Shown here piece after piece: positions 62,405 to 64,000 of a DNA stretch of 64,000 bases. Every line of letters begins with the position of its first letter. The stretch's first letter is position 1. Source of the stretch: Bugula neritina (Eukaryota > Animalia > Bryozoa); contig OZ037768.1 of NCBI GenBank assembly GCA_964035545.1, positions 17,963,700 through 18,027,699 of the forward strand, written 5' to 3'. The position numbers and the translations under genes are program-made. The notes beneath the pieces were generated by a model. It searched no databases. It was given only the letters and a program-made list of their open reading frames with translations, and was not told where the DNA came from.

Positions 62405-62960
62405 TTTATACTTATAGTTATAGCAAAACTAAATGTAATACTTATACTAACAGTAATACTAATAGTAATAGTATTACTACTCCTAGTAATATTAGTATAT
62501 TACTATTAGTATTAGCAATACTGTATTAACATTACTTATTTCATTATATTTGTTCTACTATTACTACTAGTACTAGTACTAAGAGTATTAGTAATACCAA
62601 TACTAATATTTAATGTTATACTTATACTTATAATACTGTCTTATAATGTAGTAATAGTAATACTAAATCTAATACAGTAATACTAATAGTAATACTAATA
62701 GTATCAGTATGGATATCACTATGAGTCATACTGAATCATACTATGACTATGAGTATGAGTCATACTCATAGTCATAGTATGACTATCAGTATCGGTATCA
62801 CTATCAGTATGATTATCAAGTTTGCATCAGTGCCGGTACGTAGGTACTTTAAAAGAATATCTTTAAGTTTAAGTTTAACTTCAACAGTTTAAGTTTATTG
62901 AACTTAAACTTTAAAGTTAAACTCAACATTAAACTCAAGTTATTAGTTAACTTGTAAATT
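62405..62960. repeat. Hexamer-periodic, palindrome-rich tract upstream of the RAVER coding start
   Basis: Includes a perfect 23-bp-arm palindrome TCATACTATGACTATGAGTATGA-G-TCATACTCATAGTCATAGTATGA (62736-62782). Confidence 0.8.
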
Positions 62961-63149
62961 TAAAATTTAAATTAAATTAGTTTTTTTGTAAAATTCCAGA
63001 AGACTAAAATTATAAATATATAACAAGAGAAACGCAAAGTTAGAAATTCAAAATGCTAAGACCCAAATTTACTATAAGCGAACATTTCAGCTAAATCCAC
63101 TGCAAGGTGAAAGTGTCGTGGTTAAAAGAATTGTTTGCAAGGTACATCC

Positions 63150-63290
63150 AATCACTGATCCATGTTGATGTTACGTTAATTTTCAAATTTTGCTACCTAC
63201 GCATGCGTTCTACTGTTTGCAGCGCAACAGCCAAAAACTACAGGGGGGGACTATGAGTGGCCCCATCACTAAAAGCTTAGCGAGTAAAGA
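63150..63290. promoter_or_regulatory. Candidate promoter region of the RAVER gene
   Basis: Locally CpG-enriched; ACGCATGCGT palindrome (NRF1-like), AAAACTACA, and GGGGGGACTATGAGTGGCC motif also found (reversed) at 6204-6222. Confidence 0.35.
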
Positions 63291-64000
63291 GAGAACTGAT
63301 TGTTTATAATAATATACCAACTGCGAAACTAGCAAGCCAATCATTCTCTATCTGTTGGCAATGATTTCAGTGTGATAACCCTTTGAACGATCTGACTCTA
63401 GCATTACAAAAACAATAGCAAGGAAATGCGACCAGCAACTCTCACCTATTATAGCCCCACAACTCACAAGTTATCAAATATTTATATGGCTTTAATTTGC
63501 ATGACATGATGCTGGTAGCTAACTGAAAATAAGTAAATATACAAAGCAAATGTTCATTTTTGGAATTGAAAAAAGTTGCAACATTAATATGCATCTAGCT
63601 TGAAATGTGCATAAAAAGAAACCCTGCTTAGTTTTGAGACCAATTTTTATCTTAAAAAAATGTTTCTTTTATTGGTTTTGTCCACATCTAAATCGATAAC
63701 AAACAAAGTTTCCATATGGGCATATTTTCAAACTTAGGAAGCTATTTTTAAAGAGATATGTCATAGCAAAGCACATGTAGGTATTCTGCTGGAAGAGAAT
63801 AGAATATTAGGAAAAACAACTTCAAGATTATTGTTCAATAATGTTGTCTAGTGGATTCTGTATTTCATTGGAGTTGCATGTCAAATATAATATAATAATT
63901 AAGCATATCAGTTCAATATACATTATAGATAATATGCTACGATACATATTTTATTCCTATTGTATAAAATCACCTACATAACTATATTACATTATTGAAA

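Overview
AT-rich, intron-rich invertebrate (metazoan) genomic DNA, not prokaryotic. Seven spliced or single-exon protein genes were reconstructed by hand from GT-AG exons. (1) The 5' part of a death-fold (DED-like) STAND-type gene running off the left edge (-). (2) ZFAND1 (+). (3) A small secreted six-cysteine peptide (+). (4) A near-complete DED-like/NB-ARC/TPR-like NLR-type gene (+), paralogous to gene 1 with identical intron positions. (5) Survivin/BIRC5 (-). (6) An unnamed single-pass membrane protein with many LC8-type TQT motifs and EB1-type SxIP motifs (+), head-to-head with survivin. (7) A double alpha-crystallin small HSP (p40-like) (-). A RAVER1/2 homologue (-) makes eight. About a third of the window is transposon-derived: four CR1-group LINE copies, a Gypsy LTR element (5-bp TSD, elongator-tRNA-Met PBS) with a full-length LINE nested inside it, a CACTA-like insert, two PIF/Harbinger non-autonomous elements, solo LTRs and tRNA-derived SINE heads. 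The most unusual signals are the divergent NLR-like paralogue pair, three 30-34 bp inserts with 8-bp TSDs that look like P-element excision footprints, palindrome-rich hexamer-periodic tracts next to the inferred housekeeping-type promoters, and a covarying 3' RNA structure shared by three divergent LINEs. All coordinates were read by eye and no database search was run.
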